64,000 bases of DNA from an uncultured Candidatus Poseidoniales archaeon (GCA_964526385.1 CAZGJD010000002.1:40799-104798); one strand, 5' to 3'. Shown: positions 37,747 through 47,542, numbered from the stretch's first letter. The notes: generated by a model not told the origin, from the letters alone. A program made the numbers and translations.

Positions 37747-38802
37747 ATGGACCTCGGAGATGAATTCTGTCTTATATGTGGGGACACATCTCCTCTTTAT
37801 GCAGACAGAATGTGCGAAAAATGTACTCGTGAAAGAGTATCGTTAGTTGATGTGCCAAAGAACGTGCCATGGACTAAGTGTGCACGCTGTGGCATGATAG
37901 ATTTTCAAGGAAAATGGACGAATGTTGAGCCGGATGACCTCTGGCACGAACTCGTCCAAAGGAATGTAGGATTCCATCCTGAAGTTGAGGACCTTGAGTT
38001 AGGTTTGCAAGCACAAGAAGTAGATGGTAGACACACTTTGATCCATATTCAAATCGAAGGAATTATTGATAATCTTCTATACTCTGAACAAAAGACCATG
38101 CGGGCAAGAATGTCTAATGGCGTATGTTTGACATGCACACGAAGGGCTGGGAACTACTTCGAGGCAACCGTACAATTACGCTCATCGGCAAGGAGATTAT
38201 CAGAAGAAGAGTTCAACCAATTGCGGAAAACCCTCGACCACGTTATTGAAGAAATGGCAGATGACCCTATGTTTTTCATAACCAAAGAAGGCCCAGTCAC
38301 TGGTGGATACGACGTAATCCTTGGCTCCAAAGCACTAGCAAAATCGTGGGGCAAACACCTCGTTTCGAATTACGGAGGACAAATCACCACAACGACCTCA
38401 GTCGTTGGAAGGAAGGATGGAGTAGACCTAACCAGATTGACGCTATTGTACAGAAAACCAGGCTATGATTTGGGAGATGTTATTCAGTGGCGTGGAGACC
38501 TATGGCGCCCAACTACTTGGAGTGGTGATGGTGCTGTTTTGGAAAAAGTTGAGCGAAAAGAACGATGTGGTGCTACTTGGAGAGACTTGGAAAGTGCACA
38601 TGTCAAGGCTAGATTAGGGGAATTATTGTATGTAGAACCAATGAACGAAGATTCATCGGTAGGTGAATTCTTGGACCCAAATAATTGGAAAATGACTGCA
38701 GTAAGACTTCCTTATGACCACAAGTTGGGGAGGAAATTGCTCGTAGCAAGGATAGAAAGCGAATGGTACGCTCTACCTTATCTTGGATTGGATGGTGATT
38801 GA
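37747..38802 (+). CDS. nmd3: NMD3 family ribosomal large-subunit export/biogenesis factor homologue
   Basis: N-terminal CxxC clusters (CLICGD...CEKC...CARCG...CLTC) and the ATVQLR segment typical of Nmd3. Confidence 0.8.
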   Translation: MDLGDEFCLICGDTSPLYADRMCEKCTRERVSLVDVPKNVPWTKCARCGMIDFQGKWTNVEPDDLWHELVQRNVGFHPEVEDLELGLQAQEVDGRHTLIHIQIEGIIDNLLYSEQKTMRARMSNGVCLTCTRRAGNYFEATVQLRSSARRLSEEEFNQLRKTLDHVIEEMADDPMFFITKEGPVTGGYDVILGSKALAKSWGKHLVSNYGGQITTTTSVVGRKDGVDLTRLTLLYRKPGYDLGDVIQWRGDLWRPTTWSGDGAVLEKVERKERCGATWRDLESAHVKARLGELLYVEPMNEDSSVGEFLDPNNWKMTAVRLPYDHKLGRKLLVARIESEWYALPYLGLDGD

Positions 38803-39873
38803 GTGGACGATGGCATCAATAGATTAGCGGCTGCTTTAGACCAAAGCGGAATGATTGAATTCACTCGCTTTTTCATGAACGATTTCGTCGAGGGATACAA
38901 TTCAATTAACGACGAATTACAACCATGGTTATCTGAACTCGACTACGGTTGGGAAGGCGTCCTATTCATTGGCATGGGTGGCTCAGCAGCAGGAGGAGAT
39001 TTCATTTCCTCTCTTTCTGATAATGCTGGAGGTTTACCAATCAAGTGTCATCGTTCGTATGGTTTGCCAAATTGGTGGAACCAAAATTGGTTGGTAGTAG
39101 CGACTTCCTATTCGGGGAATACTGAAGAAACTGTTGAAACCACAGAACAGGTCATTCGCCTTGGAGGAACTGTCGTTGTCATATCGAGTGGTGGAATTTT
39201 ATCAGGTCTTTGCGAATTATCAAATTCTGCATACTTGATTTCCTGCCCTTCAGGACAACCACCCCGGTCTGCTTTTGGACACATATTTTCTCGCCAATTA
39301 GGTCTCATGAATCAGTTAGGAATTTTGCAAACAGAATTATCTCAGTCAGCCGTGATGAGATTGAAACAAGCGGTGAAAGATTGCGACATTACTGAGAATC
39401 CTGAAGGAGATGTTGCAAGTTTGGCCCTAAATCTAATTGAAAACCCAATATCAATTATCGGACCCTCCGAATTATCGCCTGCTCTTACAAGATTCAAAAA
39501 TCAGATCAATGAAAACGCTGCAAGATTCGCTAGAGTCGCAGAGGTCCCCGAGATGAACCACAACGAGATTATCGCATGGGGAGGAGTTGGGAAGTACCAA
39601 GATTTCGAATCTCCAAATCAGGCTGTGTTAATCGTTTCTTGGCCGGGAATGAATGAACGCGTTGTGCATCGCATGGACTGGTTTGTCGCAAATTGTCCAA
39701 CAGACCTGGCCTGGCGAATTCAGGGAGAGGGTGAAAACCTACTCGAATGTCTACTACACATTTGCATTATGATGGATTGGCTTTCGATAGCATTAGCTTT
39801 ACTCTCTGGAAAGGACCCAACGGCTATTGATTCGATCATTTCACTGAAAGAATTCCTCTCCCAAATCGATTAG
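38803..39873 (+). CDS. Bifunctional phosphoglucose/phosphomannose isomerase (SIS domain, archaeal PGI/PMI type)
   Basis: GMGGSAAGGD and the SYSGNTEET motif. The size is ~350 aa. A GTG start follows directly after the nmd3 stop. Confidence 0.7.
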   Translation: MDDGINRLAAALDQSGMIEFTRFFMNDFVEGYNSINDELQPWLSELDYGWEGVLFIGMGGSAAGGDFISSLSDNAGGLPIKCHRSYGLPNWWNQNWLVVATSYSGNTEETVETTEQVIRLGGTVVVISSGGILSGLCELSNSAYLISCPSGQPPRSAFGHIFSRQLGLMNQLGILQTELSQSAVMRLKQAVKDCDITENPEGDVASLALNLIENPISIIGPSELSPALTRFKNQINENAARFARVAEVPEMNHNEIIAWGGVGKYQDFESPNQAVLIVSWPGMNERVVHRMDWFVANCPTDLAWRIQGEGENLLECLLHICIMMDWLSIALALLSGKDPTAIDSIISLKEFLSQID

Positions 39874-40439
39874 TAGATTGGTCCCAAAACAATCCTTGGG
39901 TCGGGATATAAACGTAAGGCATCATCCCTATCTTCGATAGCGACCACTCCAGGCATGTCATTATTTTTTGGCTCGGACCAGCTTAATTGGAAATGGACAT
40001 GCGGCTCCCAACCACCGTTTTCATCTTTCGAGCCAACTTTTGCAATTATTTGGCCTTCTTCTACGACATCACCTACTTTCACCATTTCAAGTGAATCATG
40101 GGAAAGGTGACCGTACAGTGCCCATATTGGTTTCCCTTCTAACTCGTATTGAACAATTATTGTGGGACCATAAGAACCAGCTTCTGGATTGACTCCTTTT
40201 GAGAATACGACTCCCCTAGCGTAGGAATGTACTGGTTCCCCAACAGGAGCTCCCAAATCGATACCGACGTGATGATTTCTTCCACCTTCAAAAAGTTCGA
40301 AATCATACATCCCCGGTCTTGTTTCATCATATCTTCCGATTTGATAGGGAAAAGGGCAAACGAATTCAGGGTCAATACCTTTGGAGAAATCGTACACCCA
40401 GTATTCCTCCGGTAGGATGATGACTTCTGCCATATCCAT
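39870..40439 (-). CDS. Peptidase M23 family protein (no signal peptide)
   Basis: Metal-ligand motifs HHVGIDLGAP (HxxxD) and HVHFQL (HxH). Confidence 0.7.
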   Translation of the reverse strand: MDMAEVIILPEEYWVYDFSKGIDPEFVCPFPYQIGRYDETRPGMYDFELFEGGRNHHVGIDLGAPVGEPVHSYARGVVFSKGVNPEAGSYGPTIIVQYELEGKPIWALYGHLSHDSLEMVKVGDVVEEGQIIAKVGSKDENGGWEPHVHFQLSWSEPKNNDMPGVVAIEDRDDALRLYPDPRIVLGPIY

Positions 40440-40505
40440 TGCGAAAAGGCTTCAATTCATCATTGTTCGCAAATGGTTTGAAAACTAAAATGCGAACCCC
40501 GAAGT

Positions 40506-42539
40506 ATGGTTCTCGGCCTGATAATGGCAATCCTTCCGGGATATGCGATTGCAAGAAGGCTTGATAATAAAGGTGACAATAAGAGGCACTTTCTACTAAC
40601 TCCAGCCTTGGGATTGTTAACACTGTATGCGATTTCAGGATTTTCTTTTTACGTTGGATTTGAAACTGAGACTATTACCACATTGGTTTTCCTGGCAAAC
40701 ATTATTGCATTTGCAGCGATAAGAGTTGAAATCCATCCAATAATGGAAGATGACACTATTAACAGAAGTCCATGGTTCTGGATTTTCACATTAATTGCAG
40801 TGTATATTGCCATCACTCCACTTACATATTATTCTCCTATGGGAGTTGATTGGATAGGATTCACATTCCTTGCTGAAAGTTACGCAAATTACTCTTCGTT
40901 TACAATATCAAGTCCATCGAGTGGCTATTGGTTGTATCCACCGGCTTTTCCGGTTTTAGCCGCGTGGTTAGGTAACGAAATTTACCTATCTGTTTTCATT
41001 CTAGGCGTGCTTAGTTTTGTGGCATTATTACTTGGAATTGCGGCCATAGGTGATAAGTTAGGTTGTGGACACTGGACAATTTTAGCGATGTTGCTCGCAC
41101 CGGCTTTATTTGCAAAGAACCTAGACTCTGGGTTTCCAACCGTTGCTAGTCAATTAGGCCTAATTGTTATGTTATTAATTCATCAAGAGAGACTGCGCTG
41201 GGGAGTTATTTCGATTACTGCCGTTTCGGTAATGATGATTCATCCAACTGGTTTGGTATACCTTGTAACTTTAATTTTTGCCAGAGCATTAGTTGAGAGA
41301 ACAAAACGGGTAAACATGGCGGAAAAAATGCAAATTCAAATTGCGACAATCAGCTTAATTGTCCTAACTTTAATCGCAGGTAGCCAGTTTGACGGCGATG
41401 CAATTTTCGCTGAATATGGATGGCAAGGAGGGTCGCCTATGGTTTTGTACTCCGGGCTCCTATTACCGTTCGCAATATGGGCTGCATGGAGTATGAAAGG
41501 CGACCTAACGGCCCGTGTGTTCATAGTTTGGATCTTGATTAACTGGTTAATTTCGATGTTATATTTACTTGAAGGTTATTCGGGTGTAGCGATAATATCT
41601 ATGGCATCGTATGTGCTTTATTCCATGAGTATGCATGCATTCCACATTCCATTAGCGCTCTTGGTAGGTTTAAGATTCTCTAAAATCGAAAATGGAATCT
41701 CATCAGATGGTGGTCGAGCGATAATGATTGCAGCATTGGTCATAAGTGGAATTGCACACAGCGCACTTTCTGAACTTTCAGAACATGGCGAATTGCACGT
41801 TTTGTCGGAAGGAGATATTACCCTAATTGGCATGTTAGAAGAACTGCCTCACGACTCGATAGTCTACACTGAAAATGAACACTGGGGGCATATTTTTGCT
41901 CATAGTGAATCATATGGAATCACAGCAATACCTACACTTGGAGTACTAAAACAAGACCATTCTATTCAAAATTCTGCAACGACTGCTATTCGCTTCGATG
42001 ATACTGAAAGAATAGAAAATTTGGGACTTACCCACGCTCTCGCATCGCCAAAAGGAGTAATGATTCATTACCTTCTATCTTCAACAAATTGGAAAAAGGT
42101 TTGGGAAAGTGATGGCTCAATTCTGTTTTCATTTGGAAAGGATGGATTGCATTCTACCTTTACACCGTTTATAGGAGATAACATGAGAATCGACCCTTGG
42201 GCTAAATTACGTACACAAGACCCGTTTGAAATAGGTGATTACAAGCATTATATCACTGAAAAATCAACAAATATAGCGGTAAACGAATCTTCCGCATTTA
42301 TGGTTTGCATAATGCTTGAATTTGTTGGTGACATCACTGCTACAGTGAATAATAATTTGTATTCGGGTTCTGGTTGGCATAACGTTTGCAAATACCCAGA
42401 TAGTCAAGGTTTTGAAATTACTTTGGAGAGTGATTTGGAATATTGGCTTAATCCATTGGGCGCATCAGGAAGAGGTGATACTTTCATCGACACTACTGGA
42501 ATTAGGGTTCACTGGGTCGAAAAGGTGTACTTTGCGTGA
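40506..42539 (+). CDS. Large polytopic membrane protein with a C-terminal soluble domain; possible GT-C-type (ArnT/PMT-like) glycosyltransferase
   Basis: About 12 predicted TM helices followed by a ~250-aa hydrophilic domain. A Dol-P-sugar-synthase-like GT2 gene is adjacent. No WWDxG motif is present, so it is not an obvious AglB. Confidence 0.35.
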   Translation: MVLGLIMAILPGYAIARRLDNKGDNKRHFLLTPALGLLTLYAISGFSFYVGFETETITTLVFLANIIAFAAIRVEIHPIMEDDTINRSPWFWIFTLIAVYIAITPLTYYSPMGVDWIGFTFLAESYANYSSFTISSPSSGYWLYPPAFPVLAAWLGNEIYLSVFILGVLSFVALLLGIAAIGDKLGCGHWTILAMLLAPALFAKNLDSGFPTVASQLGLIVMLLIHQERLRWGVISITAVSVMMIHPTGLVYLVTLIFARALVERTKRVNMAEKMQIQIATISLIVLTLIAGSQFDGDAIFAEYGWQGGSPMVLYSGLLLPFAIWAAWSMKGDLTARVFIVWILINWLISMLYLLEGYSGVAIISMASYVLYSMSMHAFHIPLALLVGLRFSKIENGISSDGGRAIMIAALVISGIAHSALSELSEHGELHVLSEGDITLIGMLEELPHDSIVYTENEHWGHIFAHSESYGITAIPTLGVLKQDHSIQNSATTAIRFDDTERIENLGLTHALASPKGVMIHYLLSSTNWKKVWESDGSILFSFGKDGLHSTFTPFIGDNMRIDPWAKLRTQDPFEIGDYKHYITEKSTNIAVNESSAFMVCIMLEFVGDITATVNNNLYSGSGWHNVCKYPDSQGFEITLESDLEYWLNPLGASGRGDTFIDTTGIRVHWVEKVYFA

Positions 42540-42581
42540 ATTATGCGAAAATCTTGACAACAGAAACAACCACCGACCAAC

Positions 42582-43292
42582 ATGCCAAGTATTCTCATAA
42601 CGTTACCGACGTTAGACGAGGAACTGGCTATTGAGGATGTTATCTCTCGAATACCTATGAGGAAAATAGAGGAGATTGGATTTGATACAAGCATACTTGT
42701 TATCGATGGCGGATCTACTGATAATACTATGAAAATAGCACGTGAATTAGGTGCCGAAGTTATTGAACAATGGGGTGATGGAAAAGGATTAGCAATTAGG
42801 CAAGCCTTCGAATTTTTCTTGGATTCTAGTCACGACTACATGATAATGTTAGACTCTGACGGCACCTACTGGCCAGAAGAGATACCGAATATTCTTTCAT
42901 CAATACCAAAAGGAGGAATTGCGATCGGTGACCGTCTAAGAGGAAATCTTGCAAAGGACGCGATGACGGCAACAAATTGGATTGGAAATCATCTTTTGAC
43001 TTGGCTAGCCGTTGCCTTACACGGCAGGCCAATCAATGATTTGTGTTCAGGATTTTGGGGTTTTTCTAGAAATGCTGTTCAGAGATTAGAACTCAATAGT
43101 CTACGATTTGAAATCGAAGCCGAAATGTACACATCTTGTGTAAATAGACGCATCCCGATTTCTCATGTCGCAATTAGTTATTCTAAAAGGAAAGGTGAGC
43201 CGAAACTTGGAAGCGTAAAAGATGGTGCTTCTATTGCTAGAAAACTCATCATCAGGAAAATCTTCCCAACACCGTATGAGGAGATTCGATGA
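42582..43292 (+). CDS. Glycosyltransferase family 2, dolichyl/polyprenyl-phosphate sugar synthase-like
   Basis: ITLPTLDEE...VIDGGSTDNT...DSDGTY (DxD). The ~235 aa size is typical of DPM1/GtrB-like enzymes. Confidence 0.7.
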   Translation: MPSILITLPTLDEELAIEDVISRIPMRKIEEIGFDTSILVIDGGSTDNTMKIARELGAEVIEQWGDGKGLAIRQAFEFFLDSSHDYMIMLDSDGTYWPEEIPNILSSIPKGGIAIGDRLRGNLAKDAMTATNWIGNHLLTWLAVALHGRPINDLCSGFWGFSRNAVQRLELNSLRFEIEAEMYTSCVNRRIPISHVAISYSKRKGEPKLGSVKDGASIARKLIIRKIFPTPYEEIR

Positions 43293-44251
43293 CGAAATAT
43301 TCTGTGGCCATACTTGGAGCAACCGGCTTGGTTGGCCAAAGGCTTCAGGAACTCCTGTGGAGACACCCCCTATTCGAAGTGGAAGCAATAGCAGGTTCAC
43401 CAAGTAATGTTGGGCTGATGTTTGAGGAACTGGAATGGAGGTTAGATTCCCCTAAACCCATCTATGACATACTCATCTGTTCAATGAGTGATATTCCCGA
43501 TGTTGATATAGCGTTCTCAGCTTTACCGAATAACGTAGCAGAAGTCGTTGAACCATCCTTGGTCGCCAGAGGAATTCACGTTTTTTCTAACGCTAGTTCA
43601 TTCCGTAGAGTTGCTGGAGTACCTCTTGTTATTCCAGAAATTAATCCAAAAGCAATGAAACAATATGACGGACATGCATGCGCCACAAACTGTACAGTAG
43701 TGCCTGTGGCTACATCCTTAGCAGGATTGAGAACCCTAGGAATCAAATCAATTACTATTTTCACGAGGCAGGCATTATCAGGCGCTGGCTGGAAACTTTT
43801 GTTTGATGAAAAGGCACTTTCGGGAGACGTAAATCCTCTGATTCCGGGCGAAGAGGACAAATTGGTTGCTGAGTTGAAACATTTACTCGAAATTGATGTG
43901 CCAATACTCGCCACCTGTAACAGAGTCGCAGAAAAAGATGGTCATATGGTCACCTGTGGTGTAGAATTAGAAAATGATACGACAATTGAAGAAGTAATAT
44001 CGCTTATGAAAATACCATCTTTGCACCTCCCTTCATCCCCAAGAAACGTAAATGAAATTATTCGTGAGTCTCCATCGCGAGATAAACACCTCTGGGCTGG
44101 CAATGGCATGTCAACAACTATTGGAAATATACGAGTGGAAAATAACGTAGTAAGGTTCGACGCACTTTCACACAATACTGTCAGGGGAGCTGCTGGAGGA
44201 GTTATTCTACTAGCTGAATTTGCCATCCAAGAAGCATACATCACCAAATAG
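43289..44251 (+). CDS. asd: Aspartate-semialdehyde dehydrogenase
   Basis: Rossmann motif VAILGATGLVGQR, PEINP, the active-site Cys region ATNCTVVP, and the C-terminal SHNTVRGAAGG. Confidence 0.7.
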   Translation: MTKYSVAILGATGLVGQRLQELLWRHPLFEVEAIAGSPSNVGLMFEELEWRLDSPKPIYDILICSMSDIPDVDIAFSALPNNVAEVVEPSLVARGIHVFSNASSFRRVAGVPLVIPEINPKAMKQYDGHACATNCTVVPVATSLAGLRTLGIKSITIFTRQALSGAGWKLLFDEKALSGDVNPLIPGEEDKLVAELKHLLEIDVPILATCNRVAEKDGHMVTCGVELENDTTIEEVISLMKIPSLHLPSSPRNVNEIIRESPSRDKHLWAGNGMSTTIGNIRVENNVVRFDALSHNTVRGAAGGVILLAEFAIQEAYITK

Positions 44252-44281
44252 GTAACCTCTCTTGGCCTACATGGTGGTTGC

Positions 44282-45295
44282 ATGGGCGTCACGGCAATGA
44301 TTCCAAATATGACATTCCAACAACTCAAGGATGAAGCTACTGCTAAGTGGGGAGAAATATGGGACCCAACAGCAGATAGACTAGAAATTCTCCTTCTGTG
44401 TCCTAGAAAAGAAAGGAAGTTATTGGAACTCCACGGCGACATGATCGACCATGGCCAACCAGTCATGGGCATTTTTCACAGACCTCGGGGAGCAGAAGAG
44501 CTTCTGGCTGAACAAGGATTTGACCATAGAGATGCTTCTTTCCAATTTATCAACATTGCAAATTCCGACATGGGAATTTGGATGCAGCAACTCGTTACTC
44601 AGGAAGGATGGCTGAGAAGTACAGTCGAAATCCATCCAACTCCATTTGCAGTTGGAATTCCAAACCAGCGTGCATTTGAGAAACACAGTATCCTATGTTT
44701 TAGACATCCAAGCCTGCCTAATTTGGACAGATATTTCCTTCCGTACCCCGTTTTCGCACTGGTTGGAAAGGCGTTTGTTTCTCTCCCAAGAAGGCAGGCT
44801 GCAGAACTTGCAAGACAGCAAGCGGAAATTCTTGGAGTTGGATTAGCAAAGCCTGAGCCAGAAATTGTGGAAGTCCGTGTCGTTGAACCTAAACCTGTAG
44901 TTGAGGAGAGTAACGTTGTTGATGAGATGGAAAAGGCGTTTATTGAAGAGATGAAACCCGAACCAGAAAGCGTACCTTTGCCTGCGGAAACGCCCACCGA
45001 AGAGTCCGCAAATGACTCGATCGTGGAAGAAGTTACCGTTTCAGAAGATGCAAAGCCTGTTCTTGAGGAGGATGGGGTTTCCAATGAAGAACCTATTCCG
45101 CTCCCTGAATCACAACCAGAAGAAAGCGATATGCCTGAAATTGAAAAGGAATTCAGGGATTTAGTTAGCGAGTTATTGGCACAAGGGGTAGACCCGTCAG
45201 AAATGATGACAGATGAACGCATGGAAGATATAAATGAACGTGCTTTAGCACAGAATTTTGAAACTTGGCCAGTGTTTATGCAAATGGTAAGTTAA
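44282..45295 (+). CDS. Hypothetical protein with a Glu/Pro-rich acidic C-terminal half
   Basis: Long ORF whose codon usage looks like that of its neighbours. No family motif recognised. Confidence 0.4.
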   Translation: MGVTAMIPNMTFQQLKDEATAKWGEIWDPTADRLEILLLCPRKERKLLELHGDMIDHGQPVMGIFHRPRGAEELLAEQGFDHRDASFQFINIANSDMGIWMQQLVTQEGWLRSTVEIHPTPFAVGIPNQRAFEKHSILCFRHPSLPNLDRYFLPYPVFALVGKAFVSLPRRQAAELARQQAEILGVGLAKPEPEIVEVRVVEPKPVVEESNVVDEMEKAFIEEMKPEPESVPLPAETPTEESANDSIVEEVTVSEDAKPVLEEDGVSNEEPIPLPESQPEESDMPEIEKEFRDLVSELLAQGVDPSEMMTDERMEDINERALAQNFETWPVFMQMVS

Positions 45296-45332
45296 TGCGA
45301 GGGTTCAAAGACGAGTTAGTGTTGGGATTATC

Positions 45333-45548
45333 ATGGCATTCTGTACAACATGTGGACAAATGCAAGCAGACGGGACAAGATTCTGCCGTTTCTGTGGTGG
45401 TCAGCAACCGAATGACCAATTGATTGCAGCTTTGAGAAGAGAAGCAGAAGCAATTCGATTCCAAATACAACAAATTCAAGCCCAACAAATGCAGGCTCAA
45501 CAGATGAGACAGATGGGTTATGGAAATCAACAACAAAGACAATGGTGA
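45333..45548 (+). CDS. Small zinc-ribbon protein with a Gln-rich coiled-coil tail
   Basis: CTTCG-x9-CRFCGG ribbon followed by QIQQIQAQQMQAQQMRQ. The stop overlaps the start of the next gene. Confidence 0.5.
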   Translation: MAFCTTCGQMQADGTRFCRFCGGQQPNDQLIAALRREAEAIRFQIQQIQAQQMQAQQMRQMGYGNQQQRQW

Positions 45549-46102
45549 TTGGAATGAAACTTCGCCAACTGGCGATTCAATTATCTAAATTGCCACCGCA
45601 TCCTTGCAACGTTATTAATTTAGAACAATATCAAACTGAGGGAGAACTCGCAGCGTTATGGTTAGCTCAAATCGATGGCTATGATGGCCTTGAAGGAAAG
45701 AAAGTCATTGACTTAGGTGCTGGAAACGGCATTTTAGGGTATGGCGCACAATTGCTAGGTGCTGATGTGACGTTCGTGGAGTGCGATGTGGATGCCGCTG
45801 AATTGTGTAAAAAATTAGGCGATACGATCGTCGGAAGAGTCGGTGAAGTTGAAATTGGTGAGGCTGATATCGTGATAATGAACCCACCTTGGGGTGTACA
45901 AAAAAAGGGTGCTGACCGCATATTTATCGCAACTGCAATGGAAATTGCGCCCGTAGTTCATATTTTGCATAGCGCAAATGCGACACACTTACCAGAAGGA
46001 GAGGTAATTCTAGAAGGCGAGTTCAGAATGCCTGCTACATATAGCCATCACACATCAAGAATGGGTGCTACCAAGATTAAGTGTTGGAGAATAACTCGAT
46101 GA
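45542..46102 (+). CDS. SAM-dependent methyltransferase of the METTL5 / COG2263 predicted RNA N6-adenine methylase type
   Basis: SAM motif I VIDLGAGNGILG and the catalytic NPPWG tetrad (VIMNPPWGVQ). Confidence 0.65.
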   Translation: MVIGMKLRQLAIQLSKLPPHPCNVINLEQYQTEGELAALWLAQIDGYDGLEGKKVIDLGAGNGILGYGAQLLGADVTFVECDVDAAELCKKLGDTIVGRVGEVEIGEADIVIMNPPWGVQKKGADRIFIATAMEIAPVVHILHSANATHLPEGEVILEGEFRMPATYSHHTSRMGATKIKCWRITR

Positions 46103-46189
46103 GAGGGGTTCAAGAACAAGGACCAACCGCATCATACTATCCAATTCCATTCACCAGTAGGTGAACCCCAAAAAAGCGAGAGTGAGAAT

Positions 46190-47542
46190 ATGGCGAGCAT
46201 CGTCACCCCAGGAACAGTAATCGGAAATGCAGATGAGTTTTCATCTGGAGAAGGAACAGAAGAAAGAAACGGTGAACTAATCGCCTTATTGACAGGATTG
46301 GTTGTTGAAGTTGATGGTGTTCTGACAATCCAATCACACAACGAACTCCTAAGACTAGAAGTCGGAGATTACGTCATTGGACAGGTTTCAAGACTCCACG
46401 AAAAATCCGGAGAAATACGAGTCATGAGCGTTGATGGTAAGCCAAATCGCTCGATTATGGAAGACCAAATGTATGCTCAAATTCACGTAACCGGTATTTG
46501 TGACAGATTCCTTCACAATACTGCGGATGCCATGCGTGTGCGAGACATCGTGCGTGCTAAGGTTACTGAAACAGGAAACGTGGTCAGAGTCGACATGCGA
46601 AGCGAAGACAACTGTGGAGTTCTTTGGGCGATTTGCCCTCCGTGTGGTTCTGAATTCAAAGCAGAGCAAAACGGAGATTGGAATGTTGCTTGCCCAACAT
46701 GTGATAATCGAGCCTTCAGGGCAATGGCAGATGACTTCGGGGGTTCAACCGGAATGGCCGCACTCAATGGTGGAAACAAAAGATGGAGTGGAGATGCTGA
46801 AGCACTATTCGCAAAGGGGAGTGCGGGCAGGGCCACATACATAGCTGAGGATGTGAGAGAAGATGGCACACCTCGTCAGTACTTCAGATTCGAAGATTCA
46901 GGAGGAAGAGGAGGAGGAAAGCAAAGAGCACCACCCGGTTGTAAATTATTCGTTGGAGGGTTACCAAACGATGTTACCGATGATGAAATTAAATCACTAT
47001 TCGAGCCTCATGGCGACATTACAGATTTTGCTATCATGAAGGACGACGAAGGAAATAACCGAGGATTCGGATTCATCACATATGCGACCAAGGATATGGC
47101 TACTACAGCATCAAAAGCTTTGGATGGACACAGGATCAAGGGCAGGAGAATTGGAGTAAGAGACGCTGACGCTCCACGTGATAAAAAGCCAAAAAGAGAG
47201 AGACCTAAGGGTTGCAGATTGTATGTAGGAAACCTTCCATTTGATGCAAGTGATGACGACTTGGCAAAATTATTCAATGACCATTGCGATTCAGTTCACG
47301 TTCAGTGGGCTACAGACAGAGGTGGAAAAAGGAAGGCATTCGCATTCGTAACAATCCAACCAGAGAGTGCTGGTGAAGAGGTTGTTTCCAAGCTTAATGG
47401 AACTGACTTCATGTCAAGAAACATCAAGGTCGACATCGCCAAACCAAGTGAAAAGAAGGGTGGCAAATCCGCAAGAGAACTTAGAGCAATAGCTGAGGAA
47501 GAAGCATCGGGAAAGAAAAAAGGCCGCAGACCAAGAAATTGA
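46190..47542 (+). CDS. csl4: Exosome complex RNA-binding protein Csl4 fused to two RRM domains
   Basis: aa 1-185 carry the Csl4 N-terminal domain, an S1 barrel and a zinc ribbon (CPPCGSEF...CPTCDN). aa 251-325 and 342-418 are RRMs, with RNP2/RNP1 pairs KLFVGGL/RGFGFITY and RLYVGNL/KAFAFVTI. A Gly/Arg linker and a Lys/Arg tail are also present. Confidence 0.8.
   Translation: MASIVTPGTVIGNADEFSSGEGTEERNGELIALLTGLVVEVDGVLTIQSHNELLRLEVGDYVIGQVSRLHEKSGEIRVMSVDGKPNRSIMEDQMYAQIHVTGICDRFLHNTADAMRVRDIVRAKVTETGNVVRVDMRSEDNCGVLWAICPPCGSEFKAEQNGDWNVACPTCDNRAFRAMADDFGGSTGMAALNGGNKRWSGDAEALFAKGSAGRATYIAEDVREDGTPRQYFRFEDSGGRGGGKQRAPPGCKLFVGGLPNDVTDDEIKSLFEPHGDITDFAIMKDDEGNNRGFGFITYATKDMATTASKALDGHRIKGRRIGVRDADAPRDKKPKRERPKGCRLYVGNLPFDASDDDLAKLFNDHCDSVHVQWATDRGGKRKAFAFVTIQPESAGEEVVSKLNGTDFMSRNIKVDIAKPSEKKGGKSARELRAIAEEEASGKKKGRRPRN

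Noticed and set aside
46105-46169. 8-bp long-range complementarity (GGGGTTCA ... TGAACCCC) in the spacer between the methyltransferase and csl4.
   Set aside because: The 49-nt loop has no supporting internal structure and the helix stands alone. It could be chance, so I did not call it as a feature.
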